DNA of 64,000 bases, from positions 7,076 to 71,075 of the forward strand of contig CALXTF010000005.1 in assembly GCA_944391335.1 (NCBI GenBank). The letters are read 5' to 3'. The translations under genes and the position numbers were made by a program. Shown piece by piece: positions 46,092 through 55,163 of this stretch. Numbering within the stretch: the first letter of the stretch is position 1; each line of letters starts with the position of its first letter. The notes beneath the pieces are model-generated. The model ran no database searches. It was not told where the DNA came from and saw only the letters and a list, made by a program, of their open reading frames with translations. This DNA is from an uncultured Alphaproteobacteria bacterium (GTDB taxonomy: Bacteria > Pseudomonadota > Alphaproteobacteria > RF32 > CAG-239).

Positions 46092-46399
46092 TATTTTTTC
46101 TCAGTTAATGAGGGTGTTGTTTGTAAGGAATTAATAACACTTACGGCAATATTTAAACTGCGGGTGCGTGATGTTTTGTTTTCGTCAATATTCAATTGTC
46201 GGCGACAGGCGTCAAAAACCTCTAAGGCCGCTGTCCATTCATCGTTTGGCAAACTATTATGTGCATGACGTTCGTAAATTTCATTTAACATACAAGAGTT
46301 GAGTTTTCCCATTTCTGTTTGCGGTGTTTTGTCGGTTGAAGTCGAGGAACAGCCTGAAAGCATCAAAAATATAAAAATTGTGGTAAAAATTTTAGTCAT
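46091..46399 (-). CDS. Hypothetical lipoprotein
   Basis: 'MTKIFTTIFIFLMLSGCSS' lipobox. 102 aa. TAATG overlap with the downstream methyltransferase gene. Confidence 0.5.
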   Translation of the reverse strand: MTKIFTTIFIFLMLSGCSSTSTDKTPQTEMGKLNSCMLNEIYERHAHNSLPNDEWTAALEVFDACRRQLNIDENKTSRTRSLNIAVSVINSLQTTPSLTEKK

Positions 46400-46571
46400 T
46401 ATTATCTCCTTAAATCTCTGGGTATGTGTATCATTCTTAAAATAAATTTTACAAAGAATAATAAAAATATCTTTAAAAAAAATTTTTTTTGGTGGATTTT
46501 TGCTTTCTTCCGTGGTATATAGCGGGCAGAAAATTTTTTCTATTAAGCTAAAACATTAACAAGGAAATAAA

Positions 46572-49500
46572 ATGTCAGAAGTGAAAATGAAAATGATGGA
46601 TGGTAACGAAGCCGCTGCTTCTGTTGCCCATCGTATGAATGAAGTCTGCGTCATTTACCCGATTACCCCGTCTTCTCCGATGGGTGAGTGGGCCGACGCT
46701 TGGTCTGCCGCAAAGCAGAAAAATCTTTGGGGTGTCGTTCCCGAAGTCCAAGAAATGCAATCTGAAGCCGGTGCCGCAGGTGCTTGCCACGGTTCGGTTC
46801 AAGCAGGTGCTTTGACAACAACCTTTACCGCTTCGCAAGGTTTGTTGCTCATGATCCCAAATATGTATAAAATTGCCGGTGAGTTGTCTCCGTTTGTAAT
46901 GCATGTCGCCGCTCGTTCTTTGGCTTATCATGCTTTATCTATTTTTGGCGACCATACCGATGTGATGAGCTGCCGTCAAACCGGTTTTGCCATGCTTGCT
47001 TCAAACTCTGTTCAAGAAGCTCATGATATGGCGGCTATTGCTCAAACTTCTACTTTGCGTTCACGCGTTCCGTTTATGCACTTCTTTGACGGTTTCCGCA
47101 CTTCGCATGAAATTAAAAAAATTAAAGTCTTGTCTGATGACGATTTAAGAGCAATGCTTGAAGGTGTTGACTATACTTTCAATGTTAAACACGCTTTACG
47201 TCCGGAAGCTCCGGTTATCCGAGGTACGGCGCAAAATCCAGATGTGTTCTTTCAGGGGCGTGAAGCCTGCAATTCGTTCTACAATAAAGTAGAAGGTATT
47301 GTTCAGGAAGAAATGGACAAGTTTGCTAAAATTTCCGGTCGTCAATATCATGTCGTGGATTATGTTGGTGCAGCTGATGCTGAACAAGTTATCGTTATTA
47401 TGGGTAGCGGCGGTGAAACTGTTGAAGAAACTCTTAATTACCTTAATGCTCAAGGTGCAAAACTCGGGGTCATGAAAGTTCACCTCTATCGCCCGTTCCC
47501 TGAAAAATCTTTCTTGAAGGCTTTGCCTAAGTCGGTTAAAGTTGTTTCCGTTCTCGACAGAACCAAAGAATCGGGCTCTATAGGTGAACCGTTATATTTG
47601 GATGTCGTTGCCACCCTTACCCAAGCTTTTGCTCGCGGCGAATTGACTCTTATGCCTAAAATCGTCGGTGGCCGCTATGGCTTGTCTTCTAAAGAATTTA
47701 CTCCGGGTATGGTTAAAGCCGTATTTGATAACGGTTTTGCCGCTCAGTCGGTAAATGGTTTTTCTGTCGGTATTAACGATGACGTTACTAATAAATCTTT
47801 AGCTTTCGATGATTCTATTGATACCGAACCTAAAGATGTCGTTCGTGCCGTATTCTATGGCTTGGGTGCTGATGGTACCGTCGGTGCTAATAAAAACTCT
47901 ATTAAAATTATTGCCGAAGATGCCGGAAAATACGGTCAAGGTTATTTCGTTTACGACTCTCGTAAATCAGGCTCTATGACAACTTCTCACTTACGTTTCT
48001 CAGATAACCCGATTAAATCCGCTTATTTGATTAACAAAGCTGACTTCGTTGCTTGCCACCAGTTCCCATTCATGAATAAAGTGGACATTTTAAAAATTGC
48101 TAAACCTGGTGCTACTTTCTTGCTTAATGCTCCTTATGATGCTTCCGAAGTATGGAATCACTTGCCAATCGAAGTTCAAGAAGAAATTATTGCCAAAAAG
48201 TTGAATTTCTATAGCATTAACGCTGTCGAAGTTGCTCGTGAAACAGGTATGGGACAACGGATTAACACGGTTATGCAGACCTGTTTCTTCGCAATTTCCA
48301 ACATCTTGCCAAAAGATGAAGCTATTGCTCAAATTAAAAATGCAATTAAAAAAACTTACAGCAAGAAAGGTGATGCTATTGTTCAAAAGAACTTTGCCGC
48401 CGTTGATGCTTCTTTGGCTCACTTGCATAAAGTTGAATATCCGAGCGAAGTTACTTCTACATTCCATCGTCAGGCTCCGGTTCCTGCAAATGCGCCTGAA
48501 TTCGTTAAGAAACTGACGGCAGAATTGATTGCCGATCGTGGTGATCAATTGCCTGTTTCCGCATTCGCAGAAGTTGTCGATGGTACTTGGCCGACAGGTA
48601 CAACTCAATATGAAAAACGTTGTATTGCTACCGAAATTCCTGTTTGGGATCCTGATACTTGTATTCAATGCGGTAAATGCTCGATGGTTTGTCCGCATGG
48701 TGTCATTCGTATGAAGGTTGCTTCTGAAGAAGAGTTGAAAAATGCGCCTAAAGGCTTTAAGTCCGCTCTATACAAAGGTAAGGAATTCGCCGGTAAACAA
48801 TTTATTTGGCAAATGTCGCCTGAAGATTGCACCGGCTGTGGTATCTGCGTAAGTGCTTGTCCGGCTAAAAATAAAGCCGATCCAAGCAAAAAAGCCATCA
48901 ATATGGATCATATTGAAAATCATTTGGAAGAACAAGTCGCTTGCTGGAATTTCTTTGAAACTTTACCTTATGTAAAACGTACCGAAGTTGAGAAGAAACT
49001 GCCTAAGACTACTCAAATGATTCAACCTTTGTTTGAGTTTTCAGGTGCTTGTGCCGGCTGCGGTGAAACTCCGTATGTTAAACTTTTGACCCAGTTGTTC
49101 GGTGATCGTATGGTTGTTGCCAATGCTACCGGTTGTTCTTCTATTTACTCCGGTAACTTGCCGACTACTCCTTATGCTAAGGATGAAAAAGGTCACGGTC
49201 CGGCTTGGGCTAACTCTTTGTTCGAAGATAACGCCGAATTCGGTTTGGGTATGAGATTTTCTATCGATCAACAAACTTCTTTTGCGAAAAAGTTGCTCGA
49301 AGATTTAAAAGAATCCATCGGTGCCGAATTAGTTGAAAAAATCTTGAACAACCCGCAATCCAACGATGCCGAAATTGATGCTCAACGCGATAATGTCAAA
49401 GTCTTGCGAGAAAAACTCGCAGGTTTGAACAGTCAAGAAGCTAAGCACTTGAACGAATTGGCCGATTACCTGATTAAGAAATCTGTTTGGATCTTGGGTG

Positions 49501-50153
49501 GTGACGGCTGGGCTTATGATATCGGCTTCGGCGGTTTGGATCACGCTATTGCTTCCGGTAAGAATATCAATATCTTAGTCATGGATACAGGGGTATACTC
49601 CAATACCGGCGGTCAACAGTCTAAAGCTACCCCGATGGGCGCTTCTGCTAAATTTGCTACTGCAGGCAAGGCTTTGCCAAAGAAAGATTTGGGTATGATT
49701 GCTATGTCTTACGGTAACGTCTATGTTGCTCAAATCTCCGTCGGTGCAAACGATATGCAGACCATTAAGGCTTTGAACGAAGCTGAAGCTTATGATGGTC
49801 CGTCCTTGATTATTGCTTACTCTCACTGTATTGCTCAAGGCTTTAACTTGGCAGATGGTTTGGAACACCAAAAGAGTGCTGTTGATACAGGCAGCTGGCC
49901 GCTTTATCGTTATAATCCTGAAAACGTTAAAGAAGGAAAAGCTCCGTTGATGCTTGACTCTAAGGCTCCTAGCAAACCATTGTCTGACTATATGTCCAAC
50001 GAAACTCGTTTCCAAGTTGTCAATAAGATGAACCCGGAACGTTATGAAACCTTGCTTAACAAGGCTCAAGAAAATGTTAAGGAAAAACGCAGCTTGCTTG
50101 AACATATGGCTGAGTATAAGGTAGAAGAAGACGAAACTTCCGCTGCCGAATAA
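46572..50153 (+). CDS. nifJ: Pyruvate:ferredoxin (flavodoxin) oxidoreductase, single-chain PFOR
   Basis: 1193 aa. 'MDGNEAAA..A....EV..IYPITPSSPM' N-terminus. Two 4Fe-4S ferredoxin motifs, 'CIQCGKCSMVCP' and 'CTGCGICVSACP'. TPP-binding 'GGDGWAYDIGFGGLDH'. Confidence 0.96.
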   Translation: MSEVKMKMMDGNEAAASVAHRMNEVCVIYPITPSSPMGEWADAWSAAKQKNLWGVVPEVQEMQSEAGAAGACHGSVQAGALTTTFTASQGLLLMIPNMYKIAGELSPFVMHVAARSLAYHALSIFGDHTDVMSCRQTGFAMLASNSVQEAHDMAAIAQTSTLRSRVPFMHFFDGFRTSHEIKKIKVLSDDDLRAMLEGVDYTFNVKHALRPEAPVIRGTAQNPDVFFQGREACNSFYNKVEGIVQEEMDKFAKISGRQYHVVDYVGAADAEQVIVIMGSGGETVEETLNYLNAQGAKLGVMKVHLYRPFPEKSFLKALPKSVKVVSVLDRTKESGSIGEPLYLDVVATLTQAFARGELTLMPKIVGGRYGLSSKEFTPGMVKAVFDNGFAAQSVNGFSVGINDDVTNKSLAFDDSIDTEPKDVVRAVFYGLGADGTVGANKNSIKIIAEDAGKYGQGYFVYDSRKSGSMTTSHLRFSDNPIKSAYLINKADFVACHQFPFMNKVDILKIAKPGATFLLNAPYDASEVWNHLPIEVQEEIIAKKLNFYSINAVEVARETGMGQRINTVMQTCFFAISNILPKDEAIAQIKNAIKKTYSKKGDAIVQKNFAAVDASLAHLHKVEYPSEVTSTFHRQAPVPANAPEFVKKLTAELIADRGDQLPVSAFAEVVDGTWPTGTTQYEKRCIATEIPVWDPDTCIQCGKCSMVCPHGVIRMKVASEEELKNAPKGFKSALYKGKEFAGKQFIWQMSPEDCTGCGICVSACPAKNKADPSKKAINMDHIENHLEEQVACWNFFETLPYVKRTEVEKKLPKTTQMIQPLFEFSGACAGCGETPYVKLLTQLFGDRMVVANATGCSSIYSGNLPTTPYAKDEKGHGPAWANSLFEDNAEFGLGMRFSIDQQTSFAKKLLEDLKESIGAELVEKILNNPQSNDAEIDAQRDNVKVLREKLAGLNSQEAKHLNELADYLIKKSVWILGGDGWAYDIGFGGLDHAIASGKNINILVMDTGVYSNTGGQQSKATPMGASAKFATAGKALPKKDLGMIAMSYGNVYVAQISVGANDMQTIKALNEAEAYDGPSLIIAYSHCIAQGFNLADGLEHQKSAVDTGSWPLYRYNPENVKEGKAPLMLDSKAPSKPLSDYMSNETRFQVVNKMNPERYETLLNKAQENVKEKRSLLEHMAEYKVEEDETSAAE

Positions 50154-50170
50154 TCGGTTGCCTAAATGAT

Positions 50171-50207
50171 AAAACACCTCCGATTTATAAGATCGGGGGT
50201 GTTTTTG
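50171..50207 (+). terminator. Rho-independent terminator after PFOR
   Basis: 14-bp stem, 50171-50184 with 50192-50205 (one G-U pair), and a TTATAAG loop. The T-run is part of the 3' arm. Confidence 0.75.
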
Positions 50208-50345
50208 TATTTATATATATATAGTTCTTATTGACTTTTAATGTGAATTTATTTGAAATAATAATTTTCACATTTCATTAAAATAGGCTTTTTACTTGCA
50301 ATAGAAATCTTTTTTCCTTATATTTTGGTAGAAAAGAGAGGAAAA

Positions 50346-51389
50346 ATGGCGGAAGTTGTATCGTTCGGTTGCAGAATTAACAGTTTTGAGTCGGAAATTT
50401 TGAAAGAAAAATTTGCCGATATGGATAATTTGATTATCGTTAATACCTGTGCCGTAACCAAAGAAGCCGAAAGACAATGTCGTCAGACAGTCAGAAAATT
50501 GCGTAAAAATAATCCTCAAGCTAAAATTGTGGTGACAGGATGTGCTGCGCAAATCAATCCTAAAACCTTTGCAGAGATGCAAGAGGTGGATTTGGTCTTG
50601 GGAAATAAAGAAAAAACGGCTCTTGAACAATACGTTTACGGTAGCATCAGCGAAAAAACCATTGTCGGTGATATTTTTGATTATGATAAATGTGATGATT
50701 ATGTAATTACCGGTTTTGAAGGAAGAGAACGTGCTTTTGTGCAAATTCAACAAGGGTGCAATCATCGTTGTACTTATTGCATTATTCCTTTTGCCAGAGG
50801 AAACAATCGCTCGCTGCCCGAAGCCGAAGTTTTAAACCAAATTAGAGTTTTGCTTGATAAAGGTTTTGCCGAGATTTGTTTAACCGGAGTTGATGCTTGT
50901 TCTTATGAACCTTCTTTTAGCAGGTTGGTTAAAAAAATATTGGAAACTTTTCCTGAGTTGCCGTCGTTGCAGTTCGGTTCGCTTGATCCTGCGGCGGTTG
51001 ATGATGCGTTTGTTGCATTAGTCGGAAAATACAAAAATATTCATCCGCATTTTCATTTGTCGGTGCAGTCTGGAGATAATCTCATTTTGAAAAGAATGCG
51101 CCGCCGCCACAGTCGGGAGGACGTGATTACCCTATGCCATAAAATTCGTCAAGTGCGGCCCGAAGCCACTTTTGGAGCGGATTTTATCTGTGGTTTTCCG
51201 ACTGAAAGCGATGAGGCTTTTAATAATACCCTCAAATTGGTGGATGAGGCCGGAATTGGTAAGCTCCATGTTTTTCCTTATTCGGAGCGTCCGGGAACAC
51301 CTGCTGCCTTGATGCCGCAATTACCGATGGAAATTCGTCGTCAACGAGCAAAAGTTTTGCGTGAAAAAGGAGAAAATACTCATGAATAA
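50346..51389 (+). CDS. MiaB/MtaB-like radical-SAM methylthiotransferase that appears to lack a TRAM domain
   Basis: UPF0004 N-terminal domain ('FGCRINSFESE', 'NTCAVT'). Radical-SAM 'CNHRCTYCIIP'. The ORF ends about 70 aa short of typical family members. Confidence 0.8.
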   Translation: MAEVVSFGCRINSFESEILKEKFADMDNLIIVNTCAVTKEAERQCRQTVRKLRKNNPQAKIVVTGCAAQINPKTFAEMQEVDLVLGNKEKTALEQYVYGSISEKTIVGDIFDYDKCDDYVITGFEGRERAFVQIQQGCNHRCTYCIIPFARGNNRSLPEAEVLNQIRVLLDKGFAEICLTGVDACSYEPSFSRLVKKILETFPELPSLQFGSLDPAAVDDAFVALVGKYKNIHPHFHLSVQSGDNLILKRMRRRHSREDVITLCHKIRQVRPEATFGADFICGFPTESDEAFNNTLKLVDEAGIGKLHVFPYSERPGTPAALMPQLPMEIRRQRAKVLREKGENTHE

Positions 51390-52299
51390 TTGGTTGAAAA
51401 ATTTAGGTCTGGGTTTAAAAAAATCATCACAAAAAATCGGCGATGGTATCAGTTCTATTTTTACTAAGAAAAAACTTGATGATGATACTTTACAAAATTT
51501 GGAAGAATTGTTGATTTCAACTGATATGGGAATTAAAACAGCTCAAAAAGTCGTTTCCGAATTTGCAAAAATACGCCACGATAAGGAAATATCCGAACAA
51601 GAAATTCGTCAGAAACTTGTGGAGGAAATAGAAAAGATATTGTTCCCCTTAGAAAAAAAATTCGTCGTTGATTATAATAAAAAACCTTTTATCATCTTTA
51701 CGGTCGGTGTAAATGGAGCAGGAAAAACAACAACAATTGGTAAACTTGCTGCTAAATTAAAAAATCAAGGATTAAAGGTATCTTTAATTGCAGCTGATAC
51801 TTTTCGCGCCGCCGCTGTTGAACAATTGCAAATATGGGGAAAAAAAGCAAATGTGCGTGTGTTCGCCGGTGTAAACGGATGTGATAGTGCCGCTCTGTGT
51901 TTTGATGGAGTAAATGAAGCTATAAAACAAAATGATGATGTTGTGTTTATTGATACTGCCGGACGTTTGCAAAATAAAAACGGTTTAATGGACGAATTAA
52001 AAAAAATGGTTCGTGTGATTAAAAAAGTCATTCCCGAGGCCCCTCATGAAACAATTTTGGTTTTAGATGCAACAACCGGACAAAATGTTCTTTCACAAGT
52101 TGAAGTATTCAAACAATCAGTTCCTGTTTCCGGACTCGTCATGACTAAACTGGACGGTACCGCTAAAGGTGGTATTTTAACTGCTTTGGCTTCTGAAAAT
52201 CCTGTGCCGGTTTATTTTATTGGTGTCGGAGAAACAATTGATGATTTAGATTGCTTTAATGCCCATGATTATGCGTGTAGCTTAATTGGAATTGAATAA
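51382..52299 (+). CDS. ftsY: Signal recognition particle receptor FtsY
   Basis: 'GVNGAGKTTTIGKLA', 'DTAGRLQNK' and 'TKLDGTAKGG'. I prefer the ATG at 51382. Confidence 0.93.
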   Translation: MNNWLKNLGLGLKKSSQKIGDGISSIFTKKKLDDDTLQNLEELLISTDMGIKTAQKVVSEFAKIRHDKEISEQEIRQKLVEEIEKILFPLEKKFVVDYNKKPFIIFTVGVNGAGKTTTIGKLAAKLKNQGLKVSLIAADTFRAAAVEQLQIWGKKANVRVFAGVNGCDSAALCFDGVNEAIKQNDDVVFIDTAGRLQNKNGLMDELKKMVRVIKKVIPEAPHETILVLDATTGQNVLSQVEVFKQSVPVSGLVMTKLDGTAKGGILTALASENPVPVYFIGVGETIDDLDCFNAHDYACSLIGIE

Positions 52300-53229
52300 T
52301 CACGGTTTAATTCTCCGAATTGATGTAAGACTGGAAAAATCTTTATACATCTTGTCAAGATATTTTTTATTGGGAAGCGGGTGGCGTATTTTGCATTCAA
52401 TATAATAAATAAAACATTTACTAAAATAAGGAAATTTTTGACTTTTCTTTATAAATTTCCAATAGGCCGAAACAATTCGCAGATATATTTTTCGTTGTAT
52501 TTTGGGAGATAATTCCGGATGATCTACCAAAAACCAATAATAGGCCATGAAACGATCATGATCAAGTTGAATTTTATTACCTGAAAAATTGCCGATTTCT
52601 TTAGGTACAAGGACGACATTAGCTGTCATTTTGACCACGCCTTGGGCGTATAATGCCGTTCTTAAGGGAATAGATTCATCTTGAATAAAAGCGCGTTCAT
52701 CCGCTCCTTTCGCTTTTTGTAAAATGTCGGTTTTAATTAATTGTCCCATGCGGGTAAATTTACCATTAAGCACACCTTCTAAAGCATTTGGCGTGTAATT
52801 ATATGTAAATTCTTCCAAATAACAGTCCTCTAATTCTTGCGGCTCTTTTCCAGTTTTGGTGAAGCAGCCGTATATCATCTCCGCTCCGGTTTTCTTTGCG
52901 ATTTCCAACATTTTCTGAGTTGAATCAAGGGGAAAAATATCATCAGAATCAAGCATACGCGTCCATTGACCTTTAGCTAAAAATATTCCTTGATTTATTC
53001 GGGCGCTAATACCTCGATTATGAGAATTGGTGATAATTGTGACATTTTTTATTCCTGTTGTCATTTTCCTGATAATTTCCACAGAATTATCGGTAGAAAC
53101 ATCATCAATAAATATGTATTCCGGATTCTTAAGTCCCGTTTGTTTTAAAAGCGCGTGAATAACTGCCGGAAGATAGTATTCTTTATTATAAACCGTCATT
53201 ACAAAACTGACATCAATATCTTCTGTCAT
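52300..53229 (-). CDS. Glycosyltransferase family 2 protein
   Basis: 'VSFVMTVYNKEYYL', 'IFIDDVSTDNS' and 'LDSDDIF' (DxD) are typical of the GT2 fold. Confidence 0.8.
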   Translation of the reverse strand: MTEDIDVSFVMTVYNKEYYLPAVIHALLKQTGLKNPEYIFIDDVSTDNSVEIIRKMTTGIKNVTIITNSHNRGISARINQGIFLAKGQWTRMLDSDDIFPLDSTQKMLEIAKKTGAEMIYGCFTKTGKEPQELEDCYLEEFTYNYTPNALEGVLNGKFTRMGQLIKTDILQKAKGADERAFIQDESIPLRTALYAQGVVKMTANVVLVPKEIGNFSGNKIQLDHDRFMAYYWFLVDHPELSPKIQRKIYLRIVSAYWKFIKKSQKFPYFSKCFIYYIECKIRHPLPNKKYLDKMYKDFSSLTSIRRIKP

Positions 53230-53247
53230 CTTTATTTCCTTTATATT

Positions 53248-54063
53248 TTAGTTCCATTGCTCGTTTAATTCTTCTTCTAATTCGCGTAATGTATCATCAC
53301 TAATTGTCGGATTATTATTTTTTTCTGTTGGTTCGGAAGAAACCGGAGCTAATTTATTTTCTTGTGGAAGAGTAGTTTGCGGAACAGTTGTTTGTAAAGA
53401 TGCGGTATTATCTATATTTAATAATGATTGGGGTAAATTTTCTTCTTGAGTGTTTTTTGCCTCCAAATCATTATTTTCAATTACGGTTTGCGGCTGCTGC
53501 CATAGAACGTCTGTTGCGGCGGCACTTTCTTCACCGGCTTCGCGTATGGCGGCAGGTAAAAGATCTATGGGTTCACCGCTTAAATTTGTTTCTTCAAAAT
53601 TGTCTTTGGAATTTGTGTTTCTTTGCATTAAAAGTAAATCTCGGGTTGCAAGTTCTTCATCGGTTAAAGGCGTTATATTATTTAAATCCATATTAATGCA
53701 TTTAAGAAGCCAAACATCATATACAGGATGTTCAAGCGCGTTTAAGGCAGGTGTGGATGATAGCATCCATCCTTTAAAAATATTAACCATTTGATTATCT
53801 GCTGTTGTATCTGCGATATCAACAAAAGCAAAATTTTCTGGTGTTTCTTCCGGTGGTCTGGTTTGACAATTACGAACAATAATTGAAAGGCTGTTAAATT
53901 TAACTTCCGTATTAATAGGAATATTGATAATACTGACACGTCCGGTTATTTTATCCATAGCCTGCATTTGTGCTGTATTGGTTTGTATTTCTGCAGCCGT
54001 TGAGTTAAAGCTGATATGGAGGAATAAAGCTACAGAAAATAAAAAAAATATTTTATTCTTCAT
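53248..54063 (-). CDS. DUF2155 domain protein with a long acidic/low-complexity C-terminal extension
   Basis: Signal peptide. 'MDKITGRV....C..RPPEE.PENFAFVDI....IFKGWMLSSTPALNALEHPVYDVWLLKC' matches the alphaproteobacterial DUF2155 pattern as I recall it. Confidence 0.7.
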   Translation of the reverse strand: MKNKIFFLFSVALFLHISFNSTAAEIQTNTAQMQAMDKITGRVSIINIPINTEVKFNSLSIIVRNCQTRPPEETPENFAFVDIADTTADNQMVNIFKGWMLSSTPALNALEHPVYDVWLLKCINMDLNNITPLTDEELATRDLLLMQRNTNSKDNFEETNLSGEPIDLLPAAIREAGEESAAATDVLWQQPQTVIENNDLEAKNTQEENLPQSLLNIDNTASLQTTVPQTTLPQENKLAPVSSEPTEKNNNPTISDDTLRELEEELNEQWN

Positions 54064-54505
54064 TGCCGGTCACCATAAAAATTACTTCACCGACTAAATC
54101 TTCCAATGTTTTGAAATCTTTAGTATTATTAATGCTATCTCCATTTTTAAGTATTTCTTTTGCGTTTCCTGGTTCTATTTTTACAAATTTATTTCCCATA
54201 AGTCCGTTGCTTGCTATAACAGCAACACTATCTTTAGGTAGTTTAATTTCGGGACTGATGCTTAGGCGTATTTCCGCGTCATAATTTTCTTTATCTAATT
54301 TTTGATCAACAACTGTTCCGACTTTTATCCCGTTTATCATAACATCAGAACCGGTGGTCAATCCTCCTGCTTTTAAAAATTTAGCACTAAGTTCGTAACC
54401 TTTAACAACTTGTAAATCAGATACACGATAGGCAAATACTACAAAAAAGGCGGCTATTAGTAAAACCACTAATCCCATAATTGTTTCAACCGGACGTTTT
54501 TTCAT
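54053..54505 (-). CDS. MlaD/MCE-domain protein (paralog 2)
   Basis: N-terminal TM helix plus a single MCE domain ('GLTTGSDVMINGIKVGTV', 'ASNGLMGNKFVKIEPG'). The ATG at 54505 is preceded by AAGGAG. Confidence 0.75.
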   Translation of the reverse strand: MKKRPVETIMGLVVLLIAAFFVVFAYRVSDLQVVKGYELSAKFLKAGGLTTGSDVMINGIKVGTVVDQKLDKENYDAEIRLSISPEIKLPKDSVAVIASNGLMGNKFVKIEPGNAKEILKNGDSINNTKDFKTLEDLVGEVIFMVTGNEE

Positions 54506-54989
54506 TTTTTTTCTCCTTCTTTTTGGATTTTCCCATATCAATAATTCTTTCTACAAGTTCTTCTATAACCATAGCGTCTTGGGTATAGTTAAATTCCCCC
54601 CCTTCAAGCAGATAATCTTCTGAACCGCCGGGTTCAATTTCAATATATTTTGAACCTAAAATACCGTCACTGACAATAGAAGCACTACTATCATCTGGAA
54701 TTTTTAATCCTTCTTTTATTTCTAATGTCAACAAGGCGTTGAAATGGTCATCTAGTTTAGCTGTCGTAATTTTTCCAATAGGAAGCCCCGCCAATCTGAC
54801 ACTGTCTCCTATATGTAATCCATCCGTACGACCAAAACGAGCATATAAAGAGTAATAATTCCCATTTTCTTGATGTGAAACAGCTTTCCTTTGGGAGATA
54901 TAAAATACGGATATTATAATAATGGCTAATATAACAAAAAGACCTATTTTAAGTGTATTTTGTTCTTCATGAGAATAATCATTACTCAC
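54486..54989 (-). CDS. MlaD/MCE-domain protein (paralog 1)
   Basis: N-terminal TM helix plus an MCE domain ('GLHIGDSVRLAGLPIGKI', 'VSDGILGSKYIEIEPG'). Confidence 0.75.
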   Translation of the reverse strand: MSNDYSHEEQNTLKIGLFVILAIIIISVFYISQRKAVSHQENGNYYSLYARFGRTDGLHIGDSVRLAGLPIGKITTAKLDDHFNALLTLEIKEGLKIPDDSSASIVSDGILGSKYIEIEPGGSEDYLLEGGEFNYTQDAMVIEELVERIIDMGKSKKKEKKNEKTSG

Positions 54990-55163
54990 TTTATTGCGGC
55001 TCCTATCAAATTATTTTTAATATTACTCTGAGGTTAGCTTATTTTTACCATTTTGTCATCAAAGATTTTATAAAAAAACATGTTTTGTGGAAATGATGAA
55101 TAAATTAGATGAAATTTAATAAAGTAAAGATTATCATATAGTCATATAATTTAGGAAATAAAA

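Noticed and set aside
46575-50177. Seven minus-strand ORFs of 71-202 aa lie inside the PFOR gene: 46575..46931, 47196..47483, 48090..48698, 48665..48901, 49041..49274, 49329..49544, 49575..50177.
   Set aside because: All lie antisense to a full-length, motif-perfect 1193-aa PFOR. Their translations are low-complexity, with no recognisable domains or ribosome-binding sites. They are a by-product of PFOR's avoidance of TTA/CTA/TCA codons and I used them only as compositional evidence.
50240-50274. Inverted repeat AATGTGAA...TTCACATT upstream of the methylthiotransferase gene, resembling CRP half-sites TGTGA/TCACA.
   Set aside because: The half-sites are separated by about 21 nt rather than the 6 nt of a CRP site, and the sequence between them is pure AT. 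This is most likely a chance AT-rich palindrome or part of the promoter region.
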